Of a DNA stretch of 64,000 nucleotides, positions 39,721-53,414 are shown piece after piece. The notes beneath the pieces are model-generated. The model was given only the letters and a program-made list of their open reading frames with translations. It did no database searches and was not told where the DNA came from. The DNA is from Phoronis australis (Eukaryota > Animalia > Phoronida): assembly GCA_002633005.1 (NCBI GenBank), contig NMRA01000337.1, positions 1 through 64,000 on the forward strand, in the 5' to 3' direction. Position 1 is the stretch's first letter; each line of letters opens with the position of its first letter. The translations under genes and the position numbers were made by a program.

Positions 39721-42399
39721 ACGTAAAGAAGTAAGCGGCGAGACGTCGACAACCACGGCCGATTTTATTTTGTCAAATTAAAAATTGCGAAGTATATTTT
39801 TTTAAAATATCGATGATATAAAACATGAGCGATCTATTGAAAAATACACATAGGCAAGAAATGTAGTAAATCAAGAAAAAATTGGGAAATGACATCATAA
39901 GCAGAGGGAGGGAGTGACTGATCAGCGTTAACCAAATAGCTACATAATTATCTCAATGGTGTTGTTTTCATAGGCGGCGCAACATTAAAATAAGTGGGAG
40001 CTATAGCCCCAGCCCGTATGGTGCGCGCCACCCATGCCCATGGGAGGCCCAGCACTGGAATAAGTGGGGCTATAGTCCCACATCCCCGGCCCTATGGTGC
40101 GCTGCCCATGGACTGGTAGCTGCTGCGGTTGCGCCTCACAAGAGTGGCATTTGTTTTTGTTTCGGTGTTGATTATTCCTATGGAAGTTACTGTCATTAAA
40201 ACTTTTTGCAACTCAGCCTTTTTTCAACCCGTTGCATAAGAGTTACGGAAGCCCTTCATCAATTCTTGATCATGGTGTATGATTATAACAGAAGCAAGTG
40301 ATAATAATTTAATTAATTAATCATCATCATTTTGAATACTTGACATGTTTAAAAATATTTTTTGTTCTAAAAACCGCGTGAGTTACCAAAATGCGAACAA
40401 TAATTGGTCCGTGTAATAATGTAATAACCTAAAAAGAAATGAACCTGGGAATTTACAGAAATAACTGATCAAACCACCAGGGAAATATTTTCAATGATTC
40501 ACGAAAGACTGTACCCTAGCAAGACAATGATTTTAGAATATGATTCCCTCACAATTGCTGTCGGGTTTGGTTGACTAATTTTTCCGGGACATAGCTGGTT
40601 ATCTCAGTCAGAACCGTAGCTCAAGAGTCTCGCTTGATGAACAAAAATGTCAAAATGAAAACGAAGCAACTGAATGGAATTAGGCTTCACTTGATAACTC
40701 CAACACCAATTCGATGAAAACTGAGCCGAGTAGTCTGCAGGAAATTCTAAATGCAAACTCTCGCGTCTAGTAATCGGAGGACGGAAGCCCCGAACAGAAT
40801 AGGTCACCGTCATGCAGAAGTTACAGTGGCATTCCAGGGAGTTCTATCATGGTAAAATTGGGCAACTGGAGGGTGGACAGGTACAAATTTTGCAGGATTT
40901 TGTTCAGGGAGGTGGTCTCCGGGGACATAGGGTACGATGGCTTTGCTGAAATTGAATAGAACCCGATAAAAGCAGCGCAAAACTGAGCTCAAGAGACACT
41001 GGGCGCAGATGGGTTTATTTGGCCATAGACATGTGAAGTTTATGGTTGATCATTTATAAAGCCTGGCAAGGTGAAGACACAAAACTCCAGCAATAGCGGT
41101 CCAGGATTGGCCGGGGGTGGGAGGGGGGGGGGGCAGAGAACAGATTAGCCAGGATCAAGTTTGTCCGTTAGGCATTCGCACCCCCGAACTGCCAAATGGG
41201 ATCTGGGAGAATTTTAAGGTGGGGACCGCATGGCCCCTTATTGGACCCTCCCTAAATCCGCCAATGGTCTAACCCAGGACAAGAGTTTCATTAACTGGCC
41301 AATGACAGTTCGTTAATACGGCTCACGAAAGTGTTCATTATGTCTGAATACTGAAAAACCAGGCTATATAACTTCACTCTTTAAAATGAGTCAAACAATA
41401 TATGGTGTTATTTTTTTAACCACTTTGTTGTATTATAAGAAAATTGACCTTTTCACAAATATGCACCTACGTAAATGTAAACATAAGTTAATTAAACTGT
41501 GTGAATGTGAGTGTGAATGAGTGTATGGATGTCCTTCCCCTTCCCGTCCCCCCCTTTTTTGTATTATTCTCGGCTAATTATTCGCCCAATCATTTGGAGT
41601 ATTTTCCAAATGCTTAGGCCTATTTGTTCAATTAATATGATGTACAGTGTATTTTACTCTAGTAAGTTGTACAGATATGTAGTTGGGGCTACCCAACCCC
41701 AGCCGAATCTACTATTCATTAATGATGTGCTTTCTGGGTAATAAACGTACTTCAATGACGCCAGTTGCCATCCCCGTACCCGGGGGGGGGTGCGTGTGCG
41801 CGTGACGCAGAGGCACGAATCCACTCCGGGCACCGGAATATGAGTGCCATCCAACAAGCCAAATTTAATTCGTAGTACCTGTACCGTCATCATGCTCTTA
41901 CTAAAAAATTCTGTCACTCTGTAGATACATTCGTGTGAGCATATGGACTCGTCTTACTGAAACACCCCTTTTCTCTTATTCGGACTGGTCCATTGACCCT
42001 TTGCGAAGATTTGCACGTGGTCTTTTTGCACACGGCACACTAGCCTCGCTATTGGTTCGTTTCTATCAGGTGCCACGAGTTTGGTCAGCTCCTGACTTCT
42101 ATAGGCAGATGATTGTCACGTGTTCTCAGTCCTGTCCAGACATCGTAATACATGTGATGTCTATGGGCCTGTCCACGTAAGCCAACACTGCGTGTATAAT
42201 CTTACTAGTATGGAGTACATTTCCCTGCAGGCCGCACGCACGAAAGTAGTTCACTTCTATCGTTTTGCTCGGTAGACGGCGCTTTTGTAAACATGGTCGC
42301 GATTTCTGATTTAGGGAGCAGGCCTACCGCGTTTCTGAATCAATGTAAATGTTACTGAACAAGTGATGTAAATGGTGACTCAGATCAATTTCCGAACTG

Positions 42400-45050
42400 G
42401 GAATCTAACTGGGGCCAGTCATGTACGCCTGTACGGTTGTACTTGCATAAAAAGTGAGTGAAAAGGGGTCTGAATTGAAGGTAAATTGGTGATTTTCGAC
42501 ACATCACTGTCATCCCTGTGAGTGTGAGAGTGACTGGCCGCTTGGACTTGGACTTCAGAGTTCAGTCTTATCACAGCTACTTTGGAAACAAGTCGGATAT
42601 AATATTTCCTGGTTTTGAATGACGCTATCAACATGTTGCAATATTAACTTCAGTGCAGGTTCACTAGTTAAAGCTCACAGAGTCGGACTGTTAGTGTTAG
42701 TTAGGTGGAACACACCAGTGACAGCAAATGTCTAGACGTGACTAGGCGAATACACGTGTTGTTGGTCACTTTATACTAGGGAAAAATGGGAAACGAACAA
42801 CAGGACAAGGACATGATCAAAAAAAGTTGATGAATGTAACAACTTAATAACATTCCTATTATTCAGTGGATGTCAGCAATCCGTCTCATTACTCAGTCTT
42901 AAGATCGACAGAAACATGTATGGATTGATTCGCCATCTGTTTCTAAGAAGCCAACAGGAGCAAGTTGACCATGGGCATTCAGTATCTGAGAATTATCAAC
43001 AATCCAACCCTTTCTTGTCAAACATGTTTAAAGATTCAACCGAGCAACTTCTTGATCGGAAACTGTTGTTTAAAATCAGTACATCTTTGGATGACATTTG
43101 CAAGACTTCAGAAAAAGTGTGCTTAGACTTCCCATGACTATGAGGAACCTGGATGACAAGCCGCGTCTTTGGAAAATTGTGAAAGAAGTGTAAAATCGTC
43201 CACATGGGCTATCACTTCTGTTACTGTGTGTCATTCACTACACATTGATATGACTAAGAATGAATTCACTGTAGCCATAATGTATGGGATACATGTAGAT
43301 GTTTGCCAAAAACCCTCAACTCTGTGCTGTACAAAGGCTATTGACTGCTGCGTGCATTCGTCATCATGCTGGCAATGGTGTATGTTTGAACATTTTTCAT
43401 GGCAAGAGATGGATCACGTTTATAGCTTATAATTGTTCTTAACATATATTTTAGCAAAGGTGACAAAGTTGATGATAGCAATTAGATAGGTGATTAAAAA
43501 TTCTCCAGATTGAGACATCCTCCTAAATTCAGAACACAGAAATCGTTGCTGAAATTAAATTTTTTCATCTTGAAATTTGAGGCGTGAGTGATTTTTATAT
43601 TTTCGTACTTTTCAAATTCCTAACGCTATGTTGTAGCATAACAGGTTGCAAGATTACTCTTGTAAGTTCATAAAAAGTGACTCACATGACAAACATTTAA
43701 TAAATTGTTACCATTCCCCTTGAATTTCTGACTGACAATTGTGTGAATTTCTAAAAATTGTGACAAGCTCCCACTTTGAAAAAAATAATTATTCACTGTC
43801 CCAATCTAGAGAATTTTTGCGTAATTGATTTTTGAAATTCTTATGTAATTAACTGTAAAACTGATGGATGACTTCTTGTTTATGAGAGGATCTGCTTTAA
43901 GCAAAAAGATTGTAAAAGTGATGACAATTTATTGTTTAGCTTTTGATCTTAAGTGATGGTGTGGTAGTTTTCACCAGCTTTAAAATGTCAGTGACAAAAG
44001 GTAGAAATCATAAGTGACAAAAGATTTCAATAGTCCATTTCAGTTAGTGACTCTGAAGCAGATGATAATTATAGTGGCAGTACCCGTGTGGTGAAAGAGT
44101 CATGACATAATGCTTTCGATTTAAAAATCTTGAGGGACTCTGATATGTAAGCTACAAGTGTTTTCCTCACAAGAAATGATGTTTGTGTGTTGTCAAAATC
44201 AGTTGCATACTGAGTTAGCTACTGAATGATCACAGTGCTTCATATGGTTAAAGGGGTTTTTATCAAAGAATAACATTTATTTTAATTGGCTAGACTGATG
44301 CATACCAAGGGAACTTGTGCCATGTGATAAAATGTTATTGTTTACATATGTTTTGGAAAAAATAAATGGTTTAATGAGATCATGAAATGTTACAATTGTG
44401 TCTTTAGCATCTAACGTCAATGTATAATACAGGATTACTTTTACATAAACTTTTAAAATGTTATAGATTTTGGATTTCCTATACGAATGCATGCCTACGT
44501 GTTCTCTGTACATTTGTTGCTTTGATAACACTATCACTGATGGTGTTACTCTATCAAAAATCAAAGGGCAATTTTGACAGTAAAATCACCCATGAAAATA
44601 TTATTGTAATGATGTGGATTTCCGACTCTGTCCCAATTTTTGTACTTCAAAGTGACCTAAAAGGGCTGCTGGGTTCCTTGTTAATTCCAGGTTGTTGTAT
44701 CTCTTGGGAGGCATTTTTTATTTAGTGCATCTGCATTGAATAAATTTATGTTTTTGATTATTTTTTGGCAGCTTTCCAAGATTTCCATAAAACTTCCAGG
44801 TTCAGATTTGGAAATTCTTGGTATTAGAAAAGGCAAAAAATTGGTGCTGTGAAACCTGTTGTGATATGAATAGATGTTATTGAAAGTATTTTTTATCTGC
44901 ATTAAACTCATCATTGTAACATAATGTGTCCTTTGTTGATTATCACAATTGCCATGTTGGAAGCTAAATCCTTGTTTTGGAAGCTAATTCCTTGTTTTGC
45001 AATCGTTTCACATCATCACTTGTTGATGTCAGAGCTTCGGGGATAGCATA
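42400..45050 (-). pseudogene. Highly decayed transposase-like relic, possibly AcademX
   Basis: Minus-strand fragments in the expected order: TLDAKDT..HGTS (about 44420-44305), CQHDD..MHAA (about 43375-43345), ALKLILQH (about 42655); motifs are weak. Confidence 0.35.
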
Positions 45051-48000
45051 AATTACTTCATAATTTCCTTTAGTTATATCAATAATTGGAACTCATAGGC
45101 GCATTTAGGGGGGCAGGGGCTGCTGCAAGCAAAATGAAACAGCAAAAGCGCAACTCGTGAGGAAGTATAACTAGGACCTGTACTGGAGAAGGGGGGGGGG
45201 GGACTCAGACCCCAGATCGTGGCTGGCTCTCGTTCCCGTTTTTATTTATTTTTTTCAATTCTTTTTAGTCGATAGATTTCCCGAACAGAAGGTTCATACT
45301 CCTGGCCACTGCAACTTTCGGGACGCCTGTACACATACAACCATGTTCTGCTCATTTCCCGGAGGCAACGTGTTAGGGCCCCCTTCTGGTCCCTGATCTG
45401 CCACTGGAACAGTACTACAAAACGTCACCACTGGTTTCTTCATCAGTATCGTCATCACTAATGTCTCGCAAAAAGTGTTGCTATTCTGGTCTTGTAATTA
45501 GTGCACGGCAAAGATCTACTAAAGTTTGGTGAACTACAGGGCTAATAAGCAAACAAATTGCAGTTCAGTATGGGAACTTCAATATCGCAATTAGTTGACC
45601 TGTCAACTGCGCTTCTTCTGCTAGTTTTATTTTAATCGCACAATGAACCTTTTATGTTCACTTAGTGATAACTAAACCGTTTCAATGATGTTTTTCGTTT
45701 TAAAATTGCTTCAATTAATACTACAGGTACTCCAATATCGTCCGCATTAGTCGCGATTCTACACGACTTTTCTTGAGACAAATTTTACACTTGGTTTAGA
45801 TATTTTGTTGAATGCACCGGGCCATGCGCACCCCCCATTTAGCGAAGTGGGCAAAGGTCTGCCCCTGAGAGACAAAATGTCCCAGGAAATGGGACTAAAG
45901 TCCAGTAAATAAGCGCAAACGTGCAATTCACAGTGGTGCTCCTGTTTTTTTTAGTCCGCTCGCTCTTTTGTTAGCAAAAGGTCCATAAGGTCAGGAATTT
46001 TATGAGCCCCCCATTTTGAAGGCTGGGTGCGCACATGCATTTCTGTGATTTAATATCCAGGTTGGACCCGAAAGACCGGCCATTTAACTCCCACAGAAGG
46101 GCGTCTGCAATATTTCAGCGCTTGTATATTCCCTCTGTTCGTTTATTGTAATACAGTGTGGTCAGGATGCAATGAAAAATTGGTTTCCTCTTCACCAGAC
46201 TTGTTTTAGGTGTACCTTTTGACACTCCATCAACTCATATGTTTAATAGACTGGGGTGGCTCCCTGTTGACAAACATTTTATGTATAGGCGTTTGTGTAT
46301 GATGCGTGATTTCACAATAATGTACCAACATGCACGCACCGGGCCTTCAATATGAGGGGGCTCGAACTCTTGGTGACATGGTCCTTTTAGTAACGAAATA
46401 GTCGGTCGTCTTAAAAAAAACAGGGTACCACATCCAAAGCTGTGAAGTGTGCGTTCGTGCCTTTTTAGTGGACTTTTTGTCTCGTTTTCTCAGACTTTTT
46501 GTTTCTCTGATGTTGACCTTTTTGTCCACTTCGCCAAATGGGGGTCTCGTTCGAGCCCCCCCCCTGGGTGCGCACATGTACCAACTTATTTATCTCGTAA
46601 CCTCGTACTTGTTTGAAATAGCCACCAAATCAGGACAAGATTTTCTACCTCAACTAATTTAGTTTTGCCTAAACACAGAACTTCGTTTTATTCTAAGTCC
46701 TTCTTTCTCATTCAGACCATTCAACAATGGAACAATTTGCCAAATAGTCTAAAGGAGGCTGATAATTTCATACACCAACTCATTAGTTACATGTGGTCGT
46801 CATAGCTGTCTTTCCCATGTATATACCATAAAAAAGTTTTTATTCATTAATTCAGTCTGTAAATCCAATTTGTAAATACTGTTTAATTTAATGTGTCTTA
46901 ATTTATCTGTTTATCTATCTTAAATGCTGGATATTAGCCTTTGGCTAAAGCATGTTTTATATTTACTGTATTTTATCCTCTATAAATAAAGTTTATTGTT
47001 ATTATCCCTAGATTTCTTGACACACTATTCAAAAGAAAACACTTCCTATTGAATTTGATAAACAAGACCACATTAGCAGCAGAAAAAGTATTCACAATTT
47101 TGGTGTAGAAGCAAGAATTTTCTGCTGTTGAACTATTTTCTAAATTCAGTTAAATTTTCTACATTTTTGTGCCAATGCCTATTGTACATACAGTGACTGC
47201 AAAAAGTTTACAAATTCAAACTTTCCTACGCTACACAACATTATAACTAAGCATTAAGGCAGGGGCAAACTGTTGACTTCAATGTAACAACACAATATGA
47301 ATGCATAAATACGTTCTGTTGACGCCAGAAACTCACAAAAATGCAAGACTTAAAGTGAAATATAGTCTTGCACTACAAGCAAAACACGTGATCACACTAG
47401 CTTTCTTCGCTGTGTTCCGTAGATGTACGAATCTTGCGAGTAAAGCTAGAGCTGACGTGCTTTGCTCAAAAGGAATTGGTAATAACTCACAATGTCTTAC
47501 TTGATCTTACAAGATTCTTACGTCTACAAAATGCTGCCATTTGAACTTCACCATCATGGGGAAAGACTGAACAACCCAGGTACCTTTTGGTCGGTGCAAC
47601 ATATCTTTCATTGTACTTCAAAGAATTTTATGGCTCAAGGTTTACCTGCAAACTGATGGATGCCCCAAATGTATTGCTGACTGGTAATTTGACATTTTTG
47701 GAAAACAAAATACCTTGACAGCACAAAGACTCTATTTTTCACAAAACAAAACTGAGATGGGCCCATTGACAACCCTGTGTATTATGCTTTTTTTCTTCTT
47801 AGTGACACCTGTTTTGGGCCAGTGACTACAGTTTTATATGTTTGGACTAGTGTGTATATATATGAAACATTCTTACATGTAACTATGTCAGTTTAATCGC
47901 AATATAAGCACATTTCTTTCTGCCTTGGCTGAAGACTGTTGTCTGTGACTACTTTCTGGCTGACTAGTAGTCATAGTAACCAAGAAAAGAACTGACATAA

Positions 48001-48315
48001 ACTTTGGTTTATTTTTTTCATTTTACAAAATAACTTCTGTTTCAATCAGAATGCACCAGCTATGAATATAACTCCAATCTATGTCAAAAGTTTCATGTAA
48101 AATAAAAAATTATAGCATGACTTTAAAACTAGGCTACAAGTTCATTTATATAATAATTTGCATAACATAAGCAGCCATGATGAAACACATTGGGATCACA
48201 TGAGAAGTTAGTATCCTGCAAACCCCTCTTGTCCCTTTGACGCCTTCTTACACAACCACATCAAATTGGCGTGTCCCTCTCAGATTTCAAATTCACTGTG
48301 CTGCCATGCGCCTTC

Positions 48316-48441
48316 TCACTTGGACGATTTCTTTCGGTGCCGCACCAAATCAGAGTATCCGTCCTGTTTCATCTGAGTCTCCCATACTTTAATCTCGTCT
48401 TCATATCGTTCCTTATCCTCATGGAACTCTTCAATAAACGG
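48316..48441 (-). CDS. TFAM: TFAM terminal coding exon (PFIEEFHEDKERYEDEIKVWETQMKQDGYSDLVRHRKKSSK*)
   Basis: tttcAG acceptor, DK.RY..E...WE.QM...G..DL.R TFAM C-terminal signature, TGA at 48318-48316. Confidence 0.93.
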   Translation of the reverse strand, partial: PFIEEFHEDKERYEDEIKVWETQMKQDGYSDLVRHRKKSSK

Positions 48442-48753
48442 CTGAAACAGAAAATATGCCAACAGAAAGTGATTGAAATGAGACTTTTTATCACAACATT
48501 ACTGAGATTGTTTTGGTTTATAAAACTGCACTTTATCTCAGGTTTACTCAGACAGTAAAATCTAGATCTAGTTGAGGTGGCGTTGCAGAGTAATCATGTT
48601 AAATTGTTGGCTAAAGAAAGAGTTGTTACCTCTCAATATTGTTACAATAAAGATGAATATGCAATATTACCTAGTGAGTCTCTGGAGCAAAATGTGATAG
48701 GTTTCGCCATTTTTCTCCATATTAAAAACATGTATACCACTGGCTCCATTAGG

Positions 48754-50514
48754 AATAAGAGCAACGCAGAGCGTTAAAATGTGCCCATGAATGCATCGCA
48801 AATGGTATGCTTTTAGGGTTGTTTATTTGGCCACTAGATGGCGCAAAAAGGTACAATCCATCCGAAAATGAGCACATGTCATTGCTTCTTTAATAGAAAT
48901 CTATACACCAAATTTCGTAGAAATCCGTCGCGGAACTTCAAAGAAACAAAGGAAAACAGATTGAAATGAAATTGCCACTAAGGGGCACACTGTTCATTGG
49001 ATCCGCCTGAATGTCTTTATTGTCTGTTGTTAGCTTCATATAAATAAACTTACTAATTAACTTTAATACAAATCCTGCAGAGGGTTTAGGAGATACAGCC
49101 ATGGGCGCAAAACAAAACTACCACTAGGAGGTGCCACAGTAGTCAAAGTTGTCATCGTTAACCGTACTCTACACACTGAGAACATATACGCCAATTTTCA
49201 AAACCATCCTTGGAATGATTCGTTTGATAGAGTGGTAGACGCTTCAAACTCGAAAACAGCAAAAATGGCCACTAGGTGGCGCAAAATAGCTTGATTACAT
49301 CCGAAAACGGAGGATAGCGTCATTTCACCAATAGATGCCCGTATTCAAAATTATATGTAAATCCGTTGAAGACCTTGGAAGATACAGAGGAAAACGTAAA
49401 ACTAAAATTGCCACCAGGGGGCACACCAGTGGTCAGATCCATCCGAAAATCATCGTCATCCGTTGTCAACATCATACAAACACACTGATTAAATTTAGTA
49501 AAGATCCTGCAAACTGTTTAGGAAATCATGAAAGCCATGAGCGCAAAAAAAAAAACGAAACTGCCACTGGGAGGCGCCACAGTAGTCCAAAGTTATCAGA
49601 AATCGTCACCGTTCACTTCATAGTAAAAACATATATGCCAATTTTCAGAATTATCCTGAAAGCAGTTTGGTTGATCGAGGGGTGAACGTCAAAAAACAGA
49701 CTCAAAAACAGTAAATATGGCCACTAGGTAGTGCAAATTAAGTAGAAGCCATCTGACAAAACGGAAAGATAGCGTCACCTCACTAACAGAAGCCTGTACA
49801 CCAAATTTTATGAAAATACGTTGAGGACCTTCGAAGAAACAAACTGAGGTAAAGGTAAAAAAATAAAATTGCCACTAGGTGGCTAACCAGTAACTACATC
49901 TGTCCGAAAGTTGTTGCTGTCCCGGGTGTCATCATCATATAAATGCACTTACTAAATTTAGAAAAGATCCTGCAAACAGTTTAGGAGATATAGCCATAGG
50001 CGAAAAAAACAAACTGCCACTAGGAGGCGCCACAGAAGTCGAAGTCATCGGAAAATCATCGTCAACCGTCCTCTTCATAGTAAGAGCATAATGTCAATTT
50101 TCATAATCATGCTTAAAGTGGTTTGGTTGATAGAGGGGTGGAAGCTAAAAAACAGACTTGAAAACAGTAAAAATGGCCACTGGGTGGCGCAAACTACGTT
50201 GAATCCATCCAAAAACAGGAGGATACCGTCAACTCACAAATAGATGCCTATATACCAAATTTTGTGAAAATATGTTGAGGACCTTTGAAGATACAGAGGT
50301 AAACTTAAAGAATTAAAATTGCCACTAGGGGGCACAACGGTAGTCGGATCCGTCCAAAAGTTCGCTCGTGCCGTCCCATCCATGAAAGAAACACATGTGC
50401 AAAATTTCATAAACATACATCAATCGGTGTTGGAGATAGAGCAGCGGACGCTGCCTGGATGGACAGAGATGACGGCATAATGTGTCCACATACAAATATG
50501 TGGGCGCATAAAAA
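48754..50514 (-). mobile_element. Helentron/DINE-1-like non-autonomous element with an 11-unit ~148-bp tandem array (copy 2), in the last TFAM intron
   Basis: Minus strand reads TTTT-ATGCGCCC subTIR plus hairpin, GTCC-like microsatellite, tandem array, GGGCACAT subTIR, AACGC-TCT-GCGTT stem-loop, CTCTTATT end; no TSD. Confidence 0.85.
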
Positions 50515-50588
50515 TTACATATTACTACATTCAAAATCCTCAATAGTTCAAACAATAGCTATTCTTTTATTGCAAAATGTTTGCCTAC

Positions 50589-50645
50589 CTTTTTGCCGGT
50601 ATCACTCATGTCTCTCCACACATTTCCAAGCTGTTTCATATATTC
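50589..50645 (-). CDS. TFAM: TFAM exon 6 (EYMKQLGNVWRDMSDTGKK)
   Basis: 57 nt, tttcAG / GTagg boundaries, W..MSD..K HMG motif. Confidence 0.9.
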
Positions 50646-50896
50646 CTGAAATAGATCAACACACAGATAGACGTATAGTATACCGAGAATAGACCAATGC
50701 ACAGATAGATGTATGATAAACAAGGAATGTGTAACTCATCCCATAATCAACATATGTCTAAAGCCAATTTTAAACAATAACGAGACTTCAAACATAATAC
50801 TATTAACCCATTTTCAAAAAGTTAATGCAACCATCGTAACATTGTTGCTGCAAAGAACAGCACTGACATCACACTGCATTTTAACTCTCTGAATTA

Positions 50897-53320
50897 CCGT
50901 AATCGTTCGGGTTAACGCCCTGGGCGGTTAAATTGGCGAATCCAAAAAATCGGGGGAGGGCGGTTAACCGAGCAGTGGGCGGTTAAATCGAAAATCCACC
51001 TAAAGTAGGGGATGGACGGTTAACCGAACATGGGCGCTTATTACGACAGACAACCGCCCTGGGCGGTTTATCTTACCTGGCGATCTAAATCCCGACATGA
51101 CAATCATACTCGAAACGCGTAGCCCTTTTCAAAGAGCTTTATCGTCACGTCGCCAAATGACTGAAAACGTCATAACAGCGGATGATCCCAACAAAGGTTC
51201 TCTTGCCCTCAGATTAGTCATTCACTATTAAATTTACAAAATTGCTGAGTAATATCCCCGTGCCGTCCTGCGGTGCGCAGACGACCAGTGACCACGCAGC
51301 CTCCACTAGAATTAAAACTGTTTCAAGATGTGACCCTGCTTAAGTGCGCGCGTGCAAGCTTCACGTGTTGCAGAGGTCAGACATCAAATTTATGGTTACA
51401 GTCTCGTACTATATGTAGCTGTCAAGTTCCGACTCAGAGAGCAGTTTTAAAATTGGTTGTAATAAAAGTTTGAAAAACTTAACTCTGTTTTTTTTTGTGT
51501 TTGGGATGTTATAGTCGACACTCCGTGACTCAATGACATTTTCAGCGTATGGTTCTGCGGCTAGCTGTCTTATCTCGACAGCCCGGCATTGCTCTCTTGC
51601 CGTTGCGCCAAACATGCTATGCAAAGAAGTAAGACAAGGATCGGGGGTGGTCGAGCCAGTCGTCGATCAAGAATAAAATTTCAAGCAACTGCATAAATAT
51701 GTTACAAAATGTCAGAAAACAGCAATGTTTCAATTCATTATTCTAAACGATCACCTTACCAAACTTCGTGGTGGAAAAACATTTATTTTTCATGCAAGAT
51801 GTCCAGATTATCCTATTTATATCACTTGTAATATCGCACTGCGGCACTGTTCAGTCCCGCTGTTATCGTGCAATGTCTCAGTCGGCTGACAATCGTGACT
51901 TGGAAATGCCGTCAAGTAATATAACGGCCTCTTTCAATATGCATCTCGTTTTTTATGGCCAAAGATAGTGGCGGTATTCAGCACGCACGTAGGGCCTACG
52001 TGTGAGTCACCTGTCAATCACATGTTGGTGTCAAGGTAACATGCACTCCAAAGTGTGGGAACTTGCGCACGTGCACCACTACAAATCAGTCACACATAGC
52101 GACAGTCCGACGAAGTAACAAAAACGGGCGTGACTATGTACTTTTAAGCTGTTGTTACGAAAGACCCAGTTCTTTACGATATTCCTCCGTTGCCAATGTT
52201 CCCCAAAACTGCGATGTCAAGTCTATTCCCATATTTCCCGGCTCGATGCTCCCTAAGCCCATCCCTGTAACTAGCTGCGTGAATCTCCTACCCACTATCG
52301 TCAAGCAGTCTACGTCGTAGATATTTCAGACTCGAATGGTAAGAATTTTTGTTCAGGCTGAAAATGGCCAATGTATAAACAAAATTATTCTGGATGGCTA
52401 AAAAGGGGATGTGGAAACGATAATTCACACAGTCACGCTTACGTGGGGGCTGACGCAAGAAATAGTAAAGAACAGCCAGCGACATTAGTTAAATCTGCTA
52501 ACCAGTTTGACTGAGATGCAATAAGCGAAAAACAAAATTTGACTAGCCGTTTTTTATTACTTCAAGATCATACACAAACATACATTATTGCCAACGTTTG
52601 AATTCAGAAATCGACAGGCAGCAACGAAATCGGTAACCCAGTAAGGCACTTGTACTGTCCCTTCGGTCGCCCCACATCCTCTATAACCCGGCAGTTATAT
52701 TCATCAAAATATTGAGAATTTGACATCTTTCCGTGAGTTGTGAGATTTGTTCAAAATACGAGAGCTTCCCACCTTAATAGAATTTGGAGGGTTGGCAAAA
52801 CCATTGTCACATTTCTCTGGCCTGATTTTTTCGAATATATGTTTTATCTAGTGCACTGCAGACGGAAACTCAGCGCGGCAGACAAAGTCGCTGAAAGCGG
52901 AGGTTTTGACGCCGGCGGCGTTCTTAAACTTTGCAAACAAGGGAAGAAAATAAAGTGACAAAAAGGTTCAAGTATTATATTTTGAAGTGAGTTCATGACC
53001 CAAGACAATAACTCGTTACCTGTATTGTAATTCAGATTGCTAAACCACCGTCTCGGAGTCCCGGCGTCGTTGCACTCATTGTGATCATCGATCTTTTTCT
53101 AAAAGTCGGGGAATCGCGCGTTTCCTTAGCACTAGGCGCTAAATCTTCATTTTTTAAAAGTCGGGGATGGGCGCTTAACCGAGAGGTGGGCGCTTAACTG
53201 GAAATCTTCAAAAATCGCAGGGGGGCGCTTAACCGAGCAGTGGGCGGTTAAATCGAAAATCCACTTAAAGTCGGGGATGGGCGGTTAACTGAGCATGGGC
53301 GTTAACCCGAACGATTACGG
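50897..53320. mobile_element. Complete pogo/Tc1-mariner-like non-autonomous element
   Basis: Perfect 24-bp TIR CCGTAATCGTTCGGGTTAACGCCC, TA on both sides, GGGCG(G/C)TTAA subterminal repeats, no transposase ORF. Confidence 0.9.
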
Positions 53321-53414
53321 TAAACAAGAAGGGTGATCCCCAACAATTTAGGACACAAGGGGGGTAGTAATATTTTCTATTTCATTCCTGCCATGCAAGG
53401 CACGTAGCAACAAA

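Noticed and set aside
40604-40992. Pro-rich minus-strand ORFs upstream of ABCC
   Set aside because: Short, closed in all frames, no recognisable homology and no partner exons
48754-50514. CRISPR-like look of short conserved motifs at regular spacing
   Set aside because: The intervening sequences are homologous to each other rather than unique spacers, the period is about 148 bp, there are no cas genes, and the context is a eukaryotic intron
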